Shown in pieces: positions 1 through 10,163 of a DNA stretch of 59,007 bases. Position numbers and translations under genes: made by a program. The notes under the pieces are model-generated. The model had not been told where the DNA came from, did not search any database, and saw nothing but the letters and a program-made list of their open reading frames with translations. How positions within the stretch are numbered: position 1 is the first letter of the stretch; each line of letters opens with the position of its first letter. The stretch comes from a virus (lineage: Duplodnaviria; Caudoviricetes): positions 1 to 59,007 of IMG/VR virus record IMGVR_UViG_3300022917_000011. One strand, written 5' to 3'.

Positions 1-19
1 CCTGCGAATGTGTGGCTGG
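1..19. repeat. Terminal direct repeat (assembly circularisation overlap)
   Basis: CCTGCGAATGTGTGGCTGG is identical at 1-19 and 58989-59007, and an ORF reads in frame across the join. Confidence 0.95.
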
Positions 20-179
20 GATGCCGCTTCAGGACCAACTGACGCAAATCTACAACGTCCGCTACACGCTCGCGGGTTCACCGGGAGACCTGCCCACGCC
101 CGAGTGCGTGGCAGGAATGACTATTCCTGAAAAAGCCTCGGCGATTTACTGCGCAACTTTAGCCTGGAGTAACCTCTAA
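1..179 (+). CDS. 3' part of a 63-aa Cys-motif virion protein spanning the junction (starts at 58976)
   Basis: Joined translation is MEIATCECVAGMPLQDQLTQIYNVRYTLAGSPGDLPTPECVAGMTIPEKASAIYCATLAWSNL. The stop at 177-179 abuts the next ATG at 180. Not in the supplied ORF track. Confidence 0.85.
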   Translation, partial: CECVAGMPLQDQLTQIYNVRYTLAGSPGDLPTPECVAGMTIPEKASAIYCATLAWSNL

Positions 180-1535
180 ATGCCACTTCTTCCATGCGAA
201 TGCGTTCAGCCGGGCAATATGCCGCTGACGGAAATCCTCTCCAACATCTATTGCGCTGACGTTGCGATCTACGAGGGAGGCGGCGGTGGAGGGACGGGAA
301 ATGTCACAGCCGCAGGAACACTGACTGCCAATCAGTTGGTGATTGGCCAGGGCGGCACTGCCATTGCCGTGACTATGACGGCAGCAGGGGTATTGACCTT
401 TCTAGGCACTCCTTCCAGCGCCAACTTGGCGGCGATGGTGACTGGGGAGACGGGAACAGGCGCTCTGGTTTTTGCGAATACGCCGACGCTGGTTACTCCG
501 GTTCTTGGCGCAGCTACGGCCACGACGATCAACGGACTGACCATTACTACCACGGTCACGGGCACGCTGACGCTCGCGAATGGTAGCAGCCTGATTACAT
601 CCGGGGGAAATCCAATTACCCTGACCTCCACAGGGGCTACCAATGTCACGCTGCCCACGAGCGGGACACTGGTAACAACGACCACGATTAACAATGCGAC
701 GCTACCTTCGTCATTTACGACCCTTGCAGCTAGCGGTGCGGTAACATTCAGTGCTGCTGGTGCAGCCAGCTTGCCTGCGCAGATCCTGACCGGGGCAATT
801 TTAACCGGAGGAACAGGAACTACGAACTTTCCTCATGTTTTCATCCAACCTTCGGGAGCCACCGCCGCGACAACTTGGAGCACGGCGGGAACGCTCTACG
901 GCGGGAACGCGGCTACCGGGTTCGCGGGGCGACTGATTGATTTGCGGTTGGCAGGAGCGGAGCGATTCAGTGTTTCTTCGGGTGGAAACGTGATGCTCGA
1001 GGGGCAGCTAAACGTGACCTCTGGCACGATTTTATTAGGGGCGGTCAGTTCAATTACTCGAAACACGGGAACAGGGCTGCTTACGCTCAACACAAACGCC
1101 AGCGGTATTTTGCTGACCCCAAACAACTCCCTCGTTTATATCGGAGGAACAACCTCTTCATTTCCGGCTATTAAGCGTAATGCTACCGGAGTTGATATTC
1201 GGCTGGCGGATGATTCAGGGTATGCACCGCTTACAGCGTTAAATTTGACTTCGACAAACAACCTGATCCTGTCGAAAACCATAACGCCCGCAGGCACCAC
1301 GGGCGCTCAGACAATCGACAAGGTTAGCGGGAGCGTAAACTTCGCCGCTGCCGCCACGAGCTTGGTGGTGACAAATGCGCTGGTCACCACTTCGTCGGTT
1401 ATCCAAGTTACAATGGCAACCAATGACGCTGCGGCTGTCGGATTGAGATACAGCCCCGGAAATGGTTCATTCACTATACGATTTACCACTGGTCCTGCTG
1501 CGGAAACCCGAGTGGACTTCAACGTTACCAACTAA
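180..1535 (+). CDS. Virion fibre/spike protein
   Basis: 451 aa, Thr/Gly/Ala-rich and beta-rich, with the fibre-type motif ETGTGALVFANTPTLVTPVLG. A Cys-containing N-terminal module is followed by a poly-Gly linker. Late-gene context. Confidence 0.75.
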   Translation: MPLLPCECVQPGNMPLTEILSNIYCADVAIYEGGGGGGTGNVTAAGTLTANQLVIGQGGTAIAVTMTAAGVLTFLGTPSSANLAAMVTGETGTGALVFANTPTLVTPVLGAATATTINGLTITTTVTGTLTLANGSSLITSGGNPITLTSTGATNVTLPTSGTLVTTTTINNATLPSSFTTLAASGAVTFSAAGAASLPAQILTGAILTGGTGTTNFPHVFIQPSGATAATTWSTAGTLYGGNAATGFAGRLIDLRLAGAERFSVSSGGNVMLEGQLNVTSGTILLGAVSSITRNTGTGLLTLNTNASGILLTPNNSLVYIGGTTSSFPAIKRNATGVDIRLADDSGYAPLTALNLTSTNNLILSKTITPAGTTGAQTIDKVSGSVNFAAAATSLVVTNALVTTSSVIQVTMATNDAAAVGLRYSPGNGSFTIRFTTGPAAETRVDFNVTN

Positions 1536-1540
1536 ATCTC

Positions 1541-1801
1541 ATGCAAGTAAACTCTCTTAATTCCATCGAGGTCAACGGACAGATTTTCAATTCCTTGTCC
1601 AAGGCATTTCAGGCAGCGGGTGAAGATAGCCCCGAGCTGGAAGTATTGATTTTGACGTACGAGGGGGAGCTGCGTCAGAAGGCTGTGCTGGGGGCATCGG
1701 CTTTGGAGGAGAAAGCTGCTGCCCTGCGCACAGAGAAGCAGCAAAAGATAGCCGCGCTGGAAGCGCAACTGGCCACCGAAAAAGCATCACTTGAACCATG
1801 A
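1541..1801 (+). CDS. Small coiled-coil hypothetical protein
   Basis: 86 aa with a heptad-like C-terminus; tightly packed in the operon. Confidence 0.65.
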   Translation: MQVNSLNSIEVNGQIFNSLSKAFQAAGEDSPELEVLILTYEGELRQKAVLGASALEEKAAALRTEKQQKIAALEAQLATEKASLEP

Positions 1802-2826
1802 AAACATTACTGCTCGCATTTTTTGCCATCAGCCTGACTGCATTTGGGCAACTCCCATTCGATCCGGAGGATTTCTATTTTCCTCAGATCCATGAGGATT
1901 TATTGGACCCCGGAAATTACTACCAGACCAACAATTATTTTCCTCCCACGGAAAACCCATCCATTCTTGCCTATGACCCTTCCGGAGACCCCTGGTACCG
2001 GATGGAGCTTTTGGAGTTGGGCCCGGAATTCGTTCCCAATTTCTCCACAGGGGAAATCAATTTAGACCCTTCTGCGCTAGGTTTGACATCCGGAGACATT
2101 TCCGATTTCGGATCGGCAGCATTATCAGCCGTCACTTGGTCAACGTTAACTGGCAAGCCTTCTTTCTTCAGTGGAGCTTACTCGGACTTGACTGGAAAGC
2201 CCACCCTAGGAACTGCCGCTGCTCAAAACACGAGTGCCTTTGACGCCTCCGGAAGTGCATCAGCCGCGCAGGCTTTTTCTATTCAGCGCGCCAACCATAC
2301 AGGCACCCAGTCGGTTTCTACAATAACCGGATTGGCGACTGTGGCAACCAGTGGAGCATATGCAGATTTGTCGGGGAAACCAAGCATCCCCTCTGCCCAA
2401 GTTCAAAGCGATTGGACGCAATTGAATTCGGGGGCAGTTGATTTCATCAAAAACAAGCCAGCCGTACGAACGCAATCTGCGCAAACCCGAAGCTTTAATT
2501 CAGGTTTTCAGGTCAGCACCACACGGGATTCTTTGGTAACTTACAGCGTGGACGTAAGTTGCACTTCCACGTTGGCGAGTGGACAAACAGGAACTGTTTT
2601 TCTGGAGATTGCCAGTGATAGTGGATTTACAACAAACCTTCAGGAAGTGGGTAGGTTTGTAAACAGTTGCACCCAAACCCTAGGCTTGACCGTGACAATG
2701 GTTCAGGCGGTTACGGGAAATATTGGAGGGTATGTCCCGGCTGGATACTATGTTAGACTAAGAACTGCCAATACTTTAGGAACTCCGACTTTTACATATC
2801 GTTCTGGACAAGAAGTTCTATTCTAG
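1798..2826 (+). CDS. Fibre-like protein with (W/Y)xxLxGKP repeats
   Basis: Repeats WSTLTGKP, YSDLTGKP, YADLSGKP and FIKNKP, plus a RANHTGTQ motif typical of phage fibres. The N-terminus resembles a signal peptide. Confidence 0.75.
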   Translation: MKTLLLAFFAISLTAFGQLPFDPEDFYFPQIHEDLLDPGNYYQTNNYFPPTENPSILAYDPSGDPWYRMELLELGPEFVPNFSTGEINLDPSALGLTSGDISDFGSAALSAVTWSTLTGKPSFFSGAYSDLTGKPTLGTAAAQNTSAFDASGSASAAQAFSIQRANHTGTQSVSTITGLATVATSGAYADLSGKPSIPSAQVQSDWTQLNSGAVDFIKNKPAVRTQSAQTRSFNSGFQVSTTRDSLVTYSVDVSCTSTLASGQTGTVFLEIASDSGFTTNLQEVGRFVNSCTQTLGLTVTMVQAVTGNIGGYVPAGYYVRLRTANTLGTPTFTYRSGQEVLF

Positions 2827-2842
2827 TCCGCCTCACCATTGG

Positions 2843-3274
2843 ATGAATCATCATGAACCTCTGGCGCCCGTAATCGCTTCCGCCCTGGCCGCAATCGCCG
2901 TGGCGGAAAACATTTGGGTGTTCACGGCGTTCGTGGTGGTGGGCGCGATGGCGGGAGTTTTCTACGCTTCACTGGCCAAGAATCCTCCGGACGATGAACG
3001 TACGAAAAAGGCCAAGTGGCTGGTGGGGATGATTAGCGGGGTGGGGCTTCCCTCCCTTGTGGAATTTTTCTACCCTCCCATCAAGCTCGCCCTCGGTCAT
3101 CCGCTAATTGTCCTGCTCATCGGTTTTACGCTGGCCACACTTGGGTCAATCCTGATTCACAAAGTATTCGTGAAACTCGACGGGCGGAGCGGAGACAAGA
3201 TTGCAGACCTTGTGGTGGACGGAGCACAAAAAGCTTTGAAATCTAAATTGCCAGGAGGGGGAGATGGTTCCTAA
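2843..3274 (+). CDS. Multi-TM membrane protein, holin candidate
   Basis: 143 aa with 3-4 hydrophobic segments and a charged C-terminus; late operon. Confidence 0.55.
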   Translation: MNHHEPLAPVIASALAAIAVAENIWVFTAFVVVGAMAGVFYASLAKNPPDDERTKKAKWLVGMISGVGLPSLVEFFYPPIKLALGHPLIVLLIGFTLATLGSILIHKVFVKLDGRSGDKIADLVVDGAQKALKSKLPGGGDGS

Positions 3275-3701
3275 AATTCTCATCATTGAAGACCAGGTAG
3301 CTGTGCCCATCCTGATTGAACACTGGGTGGCAACCCACGCGGCGGGAAAACTGGAAGTGGTTCGAGCCATGAAGCTATCCACGGGTATAATGCTGGCTTC
3401 CGAGTGCGCGGTAGCTATTCTCGATTTGAAATTGCCCGACAGTCCTGACCATGAGGAAACGCTGAAGGCGATTCCCAATATTTCTGCTCACTGCCCGGTC
3501 ATTATTTTGACCGGCTACGAGGAACCTGTGCCACCACGTGATCGAAAACTTTTGGGGGAAGCTGTGGCTGACTGGGGAGCGGATTCCTGTCTGTTCAAGG
3601 ACATGGTTTTGGTGGAAGGAATGTCTGGTATAGACTTGCTGATGTTTTTCGTGCAAAGTGCGCTCTACCGTCGAGCTTTCCAGAACAAAACCAAGACCTA
3701 G
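3264..3701 (+). CDS. Stand-alone response-regulator receiver (CheY-like) domain protein
   Basis: KILIIED acidic pocket, ILDLKLPD phospho-acceptor Asp, PVIILTG Thr and GADSCLFK Lys; no output domain. Confidence 0.88.
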   Translation: MVPKILIIEDQVAVPILIEHWVATHAAGKLEVVRAMKLSTGIMLASECAVAILDLKLPDSPDHEETLKAIPNISAHCPVIILTGYEEPVPPRDRKLLGEAVADWGADSCLFKDMVLVEGMSGIDLLMFFVQSALYRRAFQNKTKT

Positions 3702-4321
3702 TGAAAACCTGCAAGTTCATCAAAAATCTCTTGATCGGATTTTTTACTGCCGCGCTTCTTCTCCAAACAGCGACGGACGTAAAAGGTGACTCGATTGATT
3801 TCTGCTCTTTCACAGGCATCGGAAGCGATCATTCTCTCTCCTTGGAAAGTCAGGATGACATTTCTCCGGGTATTTCTGAGTTGCGCTCCTCTGGGAATCC
3901 ATTTGCAGTTTTCTTTGCAGTAGTCCCCATTCACGTTGATCCTCTCAATGGAGAATTTTGGGGGACACAACCCCATGTCCGAAAGGAAAACATCGAAATC
4001 TTCCCAAGCTTCACAAACAGATATTCCTCGCGCTCCGTAGTTGTGGAAGACTTTGTCTTTTGGGTTAAAGCACCGTTGTTTCATTGCACCCCAAATCCGA
4101 TAAGTTTTGGCGGTTGGTCCAACACCTCGAAGGTTTTCAGTTTTCCACTGTCGGCACCCACAGCTTTTTGTATGCCCCGAGTAGAGCTTCACGAGGTTGA
4201 CAATGAACCAATTTCCGCAGTGACAGGAGCAAATAATGTTGTTTCGTCCCACAGCAGTGGCAAGATGGCCTTGAACTTTGATTCCCTTGAAAACCGCGCC
4301 TTCACTTTTTTGGAGCAACAT
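3698..4321 (-). mobile_element. HNH-type homing endonuclease, antisense insertion in the late operon
   Basis: CSCHCG, KSCGC, WGAMKQRC.NP....YGARGISVC and SIERINVNGDYCKENCKW motifs. The start is uncertain (ORF is open to 4402). Confidence 0.88.
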
Positions 4322-4367
4322 AATGTCAGGAAGACAGAAAACAGGAGTATTGTAAAGGAGATTTAAC

Positions 4368-5279
4368 ATGGCCCGCCTAAATTGCAGAGGAGATGTTGTC
4401 ATTGTAACGTGCCCTCAGCCGTGTCCCGAAACACAGACAATTACGATCCAGTCCAATAACCTGACGGGAATTTCGGTTTTGGATTCGTGGGATGGAACGA
4501 CTGGCAACTTCCGGGGTGTGGTGGCCGGGAACTCGATGGTCACGGTGACGCTCGATAACGTCAACCACACCATCGTCATCACACCCCAAGCCGCTGCCAT
4601 CGCGGCGGCGCTGCCATCGGCGACGACCACGCAGGTCGGGGTGCTGGAGACCGCCACCGATGCGGAGGCACTAGCTAAGAGCGCGACGGACAAGATCGTG
4701 ACGCCTTCCAACTTCGCGGCGATGGGAGCTACCACCTCGTTCGCCGGGCTGATTGAAATTGCCACGCTCGCTGAGGTGCAGGCGGGGACGGCGACGAATC
4801 TTGCGGTGGTGCCCGACACGCTGGGGGATATGAATTTCCTCTCGCTGGCCAACGCAGCGGCAAATGTGAGCGGCGGCCCCGTGACGGTCAACCTAACGGC
4901 AGGCTATCTAACCCTTCAGTCACCAGGTGGATTTACGGGACTGATGCTGGACAACGCCGCCTTGGATTTCTCCAACGGAGCCCCTGTCACCTACGGAACG
5001 GTTCCTGCCAACGACAGCATCATGGCCACCGATTCGGGAGCAGTGGCTTACCCGCTGCCAATCCCATCGGTGCTGACTGATTTGAACACCACTGTTTGGG
5101 GTGCCCCGACCGGTATTATGTCCCAAACTACCTTTGCCGGTATTGCACCAATTACGTTCAGCAACCCACCCACGCAGGCCGAGTGCAATGCTGCGGGCAT
5201 CCAGATTTCGATTTTGTCCCAAAGACTGGCCGCACTCGTCACGAATTTGATGGCCACTCAGAAACCTCACGCCACCTAA
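4368..5279 (+). CDS. Tail fibre protein
   Basis: Two ATTxxxGxxExATxAE...xxxVxP tail-fibre repeats; Cys-rich N-terminus. Confidence 0.8.
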   Translation: MARLNCRGDVVIVTCPQPCPETQTITIQSNNLTGISVLDSWDGTTGNFRGVVAGNSMVTVTLDNVNHTIVITPQAAAIAAALPSATTTQVGVLETATDAEALAKSATDKIVTPSNFAAMGATTSFAGLIEIATLAEVQAGTATNLAVVPDTLGDMNFLSLANAAANVSGGPVTVNLTAGYLTLQSPGGFTGLMLDNAALDFSNGAPVTYGTVPANDSIMATDSGAVAYPLPIPSVLTDLNTTVWGAPTGIMSQTTFAGIAPITFSNPPTQAECNAAGIQISILSQRLAALVTNLMATQKPHAT

Positions 5280-5280
5280 T

Positions 5281-6297
5281 ATGTCCTGTTCTTGCGGTTC
5301 TGGTTATACTTCAGGGTGCTGCCCTACCTGCCTGCCCTCCAACAGGCTATACAACTGCCCATGCGAAGTCCCGGACCTCGTGGATTCGGGACAGCATCTA
5401 ACGGTGCTCGATGGCCAATTCTGCCCCTATCGGCTGGAGAATCAGGAAGGCTTACTGGTGAGCCGACTCACCGGCAGCGGCAATGTGGAAATCACGTTCA
5501 GTTCCGCCCCGGTGGTTGCCCTCGATGTCTTTACGTGGACGTCCCAGCAAGAGTTTGGAAATCTTGTGGCAGTCAACGCGGATGGCGCAATGCGTCAACT
5601 GGAGGGGCCCGCTACGCCCGATCTGTTCCCTCGCACTAATGCCAGCGGAAACCTGATTTTCGACACGCTTCCGACAGCCATCATCCCCGACCCCCTGACC
5701 ATCGGGACCATCAATGCCACCACGGTTAATACGTCGGCGCTGAACGCCAGTGGCGCGGTGGCCTTAACGGGATTGGCCAGTGGCACGATTGCCAACACTG
5801 TGGGGTTGGATGGCAGCGGTAATCTAGTGAAGGGTGGAAGCTCCACGGGAATCCAGTCCTCGATGTTTTACGAGTCGCCGACCAGTCCGAGTGCGACCTT
5901 CCCCAACTCCAACCCCACGGCGGGGAGTAACCTTGTCATTGGAAATCAGATTTATGACAGCGGCGGGAGCATTGTAGGAGTCGTGGATGGGCAAACTCTG
6001 AAAGTTCTGGTCGCGGGAAAATATCGGGTGGACTGGGGTGGATTTATTGCTTTCCGAGGAACGAAACTTGGCGCAGCCTTAAACCTGACAATCAATGGAG
6101 TGGTGGTAAACTCAGGAAATTGTCCGTCGTCTATTATGGGCGATGGAATTGAAAATCACCAGTTTCCCGCTTCTGGATTTTACTTCAAAGATCTCTCCGT
6201 GAATGATATTATCCGTATCCAGTTGTCGGGAGGAACTTACGGAATTGCAAATGACGGCGTTTACTGTGTGGCTGTAGGCTTCACCAAGTTCAATTAA
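5281..6297 (+). CDS. Virion fibre protein with Cys-rich N-terminus and jelly-roll (C1q/BclA-like) tip
   Basis: 7 Cys in the first 28 aa; C-terminal pattern LKVLVAGKYRVDW...LSVNDIIRIQ. Confidence 0.65.
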   Translation: MSCSCGSGYTSGCCPTCLPSNRLYNCPCEVPDLVDSGQHLTVLDGQFCPYRLENQEGLLVSRLTGSGNVEITFSSAPVVALDVFTWTSQQEFGNLVAVNADGAMRQLEGPATPDLFPRTNASGNLIFDTLPTAIIPDPLTIGTINATTVNTSALNASGAVALTGLASGTIANTVGLDGSGNLVKGGSSTGIQSSMFYESPTSPSATFPNSNPTAGSNLVIGNQIYDSGGSIVGVVDGQTLKVLVAGKYRVDWGGFIAFRGTKLGAALNLTINGVVVNSGNCPSSIMGDGIENHQFPASGFYFKDLSVNDIIRIQLSGGTYGIANDGVYCVAVGFTKFN

Positions 6298-6302
6298 ATG
6301 CG

Positions 6303-8618
6303 ATGCCGCCAATTTACGATGGCTTTGCAGGAATCCGAGGCATCTGGGGTGGAAATCCGGACTATGTGCCTGCTGGCTACGCGCAAAACGCCGTAAACCG
6401 CTTTTTTCGGGAGGATGAGAACAAGACCCGTCCGAGCATCCAGAGCATCGAACTGACGTTCGAGAACGACGCCGAGCGAATTTGGTTCGAGGGAGCGAAC
6501 GGCCAAGGGGCATTCTTCTATAATGGGTATCCGAGCAACATTTCCCCGAAAGTCATCTGCTCCATTGGGGGGCGTATTTTCGCCATTGAGGTGGTGGGCC
6601 GCACAGGCACCGTTACCCGGCTATTCGATGGGAACTACCGGAAAGGGCTGCACTCCTGGTTCGTCCAAGGCTTCGAGTATCTGGTGGTTCAGGATGGGGT
6701 AAACGCCCCGATGATTTGGGATGGGCAGAACGCGCCTTACCGGAGTGACCTGAACAAGAACCAAGTTCCCATCGGCTCGGTGATGGCTTTCATCCACGGG
6801 CGGTTCATTCTTGCGACGGCAGACGGGCTCAACAACATCCGGGTGAGTGAGATTGCCGGGGCGGCGGATGTCACCAAGCACGATGATATCCTGAATTTCC
6901 CCACGGCGCTGGCGACCTATGGCATCGCGGCCAACCTTGGCGAAGTGCAGGGGCTTTTCCCGATGTCATACCTCGACAGCGGGACCGGGCAATACGAACT
7001 GGTGGCCCTCTGCAAGAACGGCGCGACATCCTTCGACTTTCGCGGGCAGGAGGAAACCTTCTTCGGGCAGATTCAGAAAATCAGTCTCATTGGCACGGGC
7101 TGCGTGGGAAGCCACGCTTTCACCGGATTGAACGGCGACCTTTTCTTTCGCTCACCGAGTGGAATCAACACCTACCGCAACTCGCGCCTGGAGTTTACTC
7201 AATCGTGGGACCAAACGCCGATCAGCCGGGAGGTCAATTACTGGCTGCGCAACGACCGTGCGGACCTGCTGGAGACCATCCCCATGATCGGATGGCAGAA
7301 CATGGTGCTGACCGGGTGCTCCCCGCAAATCGCCCTACCGAGCAATAGGTGCTTTGGCTACCATCGTTACTGCCGAGGTTTCACTGTTTTCGATGCCCAG
7401 AACATGAGCACTGCCGGGCGGGACGGACGCCCCGTGTGGCACGGTGCATGGACGGGCATCCGGCCTTGGGCCTTTGTGGAGGGCCGTATTGGCACGGCCC
7501 AGCGGTGCTTCGCTTTCTCCTTCGACCGGGACAAGACCAATCGGCTTTACGAGATCACTCTCCAGAGCGGGGATGATTTCCTGGCCACCACCCCGCGCAG
7601 CATCGAGGGATTTTTCACCAGTGCCACGATGGGCACTGTCGAAGGCGCGACGAACACTTTCCAGCCCAAACGCATCAATGGTGGGATGTTGGAGCTTCAG
7701 TCGATCCTAGGCGCGAGCCAAGTGTGGATTGAGTATCGTCCTGATGGCTCGCCCTGCTGGATTGACGTGGATCAGCTTTCGCCGGGGTGTGACTGCCCCA
7801 CGCCTTCCCCGTGTTTCCAGACCAGTTGGCCACCGTGGGTGCGCAAATACCTGGAGCAGGTTTCCTTCTCCAAGTGCATTCCCGGTACGTCAATTCCGGC
7901 GAACCATTTTCATCACGCGCAGGCGCGTATCCGCAGCAAGGGAAGTCTGACGGTCAGCCGGTTCCATATCCGGATGGACCCCCAGTTGGATTCTCAGATT
8001 GCGCAGTGCATCGGGAACGACTGCACGCCAATTGTCTGTTGCCCGGCAGCGTTCGATTATAGTTACCACATCGCCGAAGCAGGGGTGAACACGGCGGTCC
8101 CGGTGCTCGACTGCACCCCCGCGCCAGTGACCTACACGAGTACGCGCTTCTTCCGGTTGCAATGCCCCAACTTTCCCAGCCAGTTCGTCATCGCGCAGGG
8201 GCAGGCGACATCGGACATCAGCCAGCTTGATGCGGACCAGAAGGCGATGGCCCAAGCGCAGAGCAATGCCCAGCAACAGTTGGACTGCCCGAACTGCACG
8301 CCGGATAACCTAATTACTTTTTCGATTGACGGCGGCACGATGGACCTCAGCGAGTTTTTCGTGAGCGGCGAGTTCTCCAACGCCATCGGCCAGCCCATCC
8401 GGCTTTACAATCTGCCCCTGGCGGAATACGTGGCCACGGGAATCGTGAACGACAGTGGGACGCTCACCATCACCGCGACTTTCCCTCAGTACGCGGGAGG
8501 CGCTTTCGACATCCCAACGAACACGTATCAAGACAACGGCGGAGGCAGCACGACGCTTGCGCTCCAGTTGGGTTGCAACATTGGGGGACAAGACACGTGG
8601 CCCGAGAACTCTTACTGA
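6303..8618 (+). CDS. Tail nozzle / tubular protein B-like (beta-propeller)
   Basis: 771 aa, beta-rich, positioned before the adaptor and ejection genes. A C-terminal segment SDISQLDADQKAMAQA resembles DUF5977. Confidence 0.65.
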   Translation: MPPIYDGFAGIRGIWGGNPDYVPAGYAQNAVNRFFREDENKTRPSIQSIELTFENDAERIWFEGANGQGAFFYNGYPSNISPKVICSIGGRIFAIEVVGRTGTVTRLFDGNYRKGLHSWFVQGFEYLVVQDGVNAPMIWDGQNAPYRSDLNKNQVPIGSVMAFIHGRFILATADGLNNIRVSEIAGAADVTKHDDILNFPTALATYGIAANLGEVQGLFPMSYLDSGTGQYELVALCKNGATSFDFRGQEETFFGQIQKISLIGTGCVGSHAFTGLNGDLFFRSPSGINTYRNSRLEFTQSWDQTPISREVNYWLRNDRADLLETIPMIGWQNMVLTGCSPQIALPSNRCFGYHRYCRGFTVFDAQNMSTAGRDGRPVWHGAWTGIRPWAFVEGRIGTAQRCFAFSFDRDKTNRLYEITLQSGDDFLATTPRSIEGFFTSATMGTVEGATNTFQPKRINGGMLELQSILGASQVWIEYRPDGSPCWIDVDQLSPGCDCPTPSPCFQTSWPPWVRKYLEQVSFSKCIPGTSIPANHFHHAQARIRSKGSLTVSRFHIRMDPQLDSQIAQCIGNDCTPIVCCPAAFDYSYHIAEAGVNTAVPVLDCTPAPVTYTSTRFFRLQCPNFPSQFVIAQGQATSDISQLDADQKAMAQAQSNAQQQLDCPNCTPDNLITFSIDGGTMDLSEFFVSGEFSNAIGQPIRLYNLPLAEYVATGIVNDSGTLTITATFPQYAGGAFDIPTNTYQDNGGGSTTLALQLGCNIGGQDTWPENSY

Positions 8619-8658
8619 AGCTTTGACGAACCTTTGAATCCCTGATAAAGACTTTTAC

Positions 8659-9144
8659 ATGGCATTGAATAACGCAGTCACCGCCAGCCTTGTGCTGCTG
8701 ACCGATCCTCCCCCGGACGCTCAGTGCGTGCAATCCCTCACGGAGATTCTGAACGGGGCGGTGAACTATCTTTCGGTGGAAATTACCAACCCTGCCGAGG
8801 TGGCGAGCGATGGGAGTTCAATCGCAAATCAGGCTTTACAAGTGGCAAACACTGCGTTGGCCACGGCACAGGCCACAGCGGCGTCCATCCCGGCACGCCG
8901 GGCGGCGACGGAGCCTTTCTCCATTCCCACGGGAGACAGTCTGCTCTCACTCACTTGGTCGCCTGCAATGCCCGATGATAAATATTTCGTGCAGGTCGCG
9001 TTCTACGGTCCCGCTGCCACCACCGGGAACTACTCGTGGGCCGTGGTGGATACCAGCCGAACGGTGGATGGCTGTCAAATTCGGTTGAACAACATCCCGG
9101 CCAATTTCAAGTTGGCCTGGGTGGTCACAGATTTAACGGTCTAA
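8659..9144 (+). CDS. Virion structural protein
   Basis: 161 aa; short Ala-rich coil followed by a beta-sandwich tip; operon context. Confidence 0.6.
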   Translation: MALNNAVTASLVLLTDPPPDAQCVQSLTEILNGAVNYLSVEITNPAEVASDGSSIANQALQVANTALATAQATAASIPARRAATEPFSIPTGDSLLSLTWSPAMPDDKYFVQVAFYGPAATTGNYSWAVVDTSRTVDGCQIRLNNIPANFKLAWVVTDLTV

Positions 9145-10163
9145 TGAGAATCACCGTAGGCGAGATTTTACCTCAGATTGCCCAGAACGTCGGGGACTCC
9201 GGCGTGGGCCTTTGCCCTGGCACCGATGGCGTGCCCAAAGCGATTTATGCCCTCAATCAAGCCTGCTTCGCCCTCCACAAACGAATCGACGACGATGGCA
9301 CCCTCTGGTGGTGGCACGTCCCAGCCTGTGATGGGTGCTTTTCGCTTCCCGGCGACTGCCGCGAAGGAAGGCAGTTCTTTATCAACGGTTTTTCCGCCTC
9401 CCAGTATGACGAATGGTATTCCGGACGTGTTTGCGGTGGACTACACGCAAATACACCATGCTGCGAAGGACCGTCAATCATTGACCTCGGGGATACGTTC
9501 GCCACTCCGTTTCCTCTCCCCGGTTTCGACGGACTTCGCGTTGGCTTCGTCGCGCAAAACAACGCGGACGTAGGGCAGCAAATCGTGGTGGAATTCACCA
9601 ACCAGTATGGCGAGGTCCACAAGGAGACCATCGTTTTGCTGGACAATCAGGTCGTGGCGTGGACCAAGGGCATCGTGCGTGAGGTCAACTTCGTGCAGAA
9701 GGCGATGACCAACGGCAACGTAAAGCTCTACTACAAGTTTCCGAACGACCAGCGGTTTTTCATGTGCGACTACGATCCCAAGGTGATCGTGGGGCGGTTC
9801 CGTCGCAAGCGGATGCCCGGTGGGATGTGCAACGGCTGCAATGTCGTGACCATCAAAGGCAAACGGCGCTACATCCCGCTCACCTCGGAGCAGGACATCT
9901 GCCCGTTTGACGACATCATCGCCCTGCGCTTCGCCCTCTCCGCCATCGCCGCCGTGGACCGGAGGGACACCGCCGCGTATGATGACCTCATGCTCCATGC
10001 GCTGAACGAGATTTACAAGGAGATGCGCGATGGCGACTCAGCGGGGAACGTCACCCAAGTCAAATTTCGCAGCGGGTTCGGTTGCAGCCTCAGCCAGTTC
10101 GCCAATCGCCCACTACCTGGCACGTCGTTGCGCTACGGCTACGGCGGAAGGGGGTTTCGGTGA
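9144..10163 (+). CDS. Head-tail adaptor / tubular protein A-like, Cys-rich
   Basis: ATG overlaps the previous stop (TAATG); helical N- and C-termini; about 13 Cys in 339 aa. Function inferred from synteny. Confidence 0.55.
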   Translation: MRITVGEILPQIAQNVGDSGVGLCPGTDGVPKAIYALNQACFALHKRIDDDGTLWWWHVPACDGCFSLPGDCREGRQFFINGFSASQYDEWYSGRVCGGLHANTPCCEGPSIIDLGDTFATPFPLPGFDGLRVGFVAQNNADVGQQIVVEFTNQYGEVHKETIVLLDNQVVAWTKGIVREVNFVQKAMTNGNVKLYYKFPNDQRFFMCDYDPKVIVGRFRRKRMPGGMCNGCNVVTIKGKRRYIPLTSEQDICPFDDIIALRFALSAIAAVDRRDTAAYDDLMLHALNEIYKEMRDGDSAGNVTQVKFRSGFGCSLSQFANRPLPGTSLRYGYGGRGFR

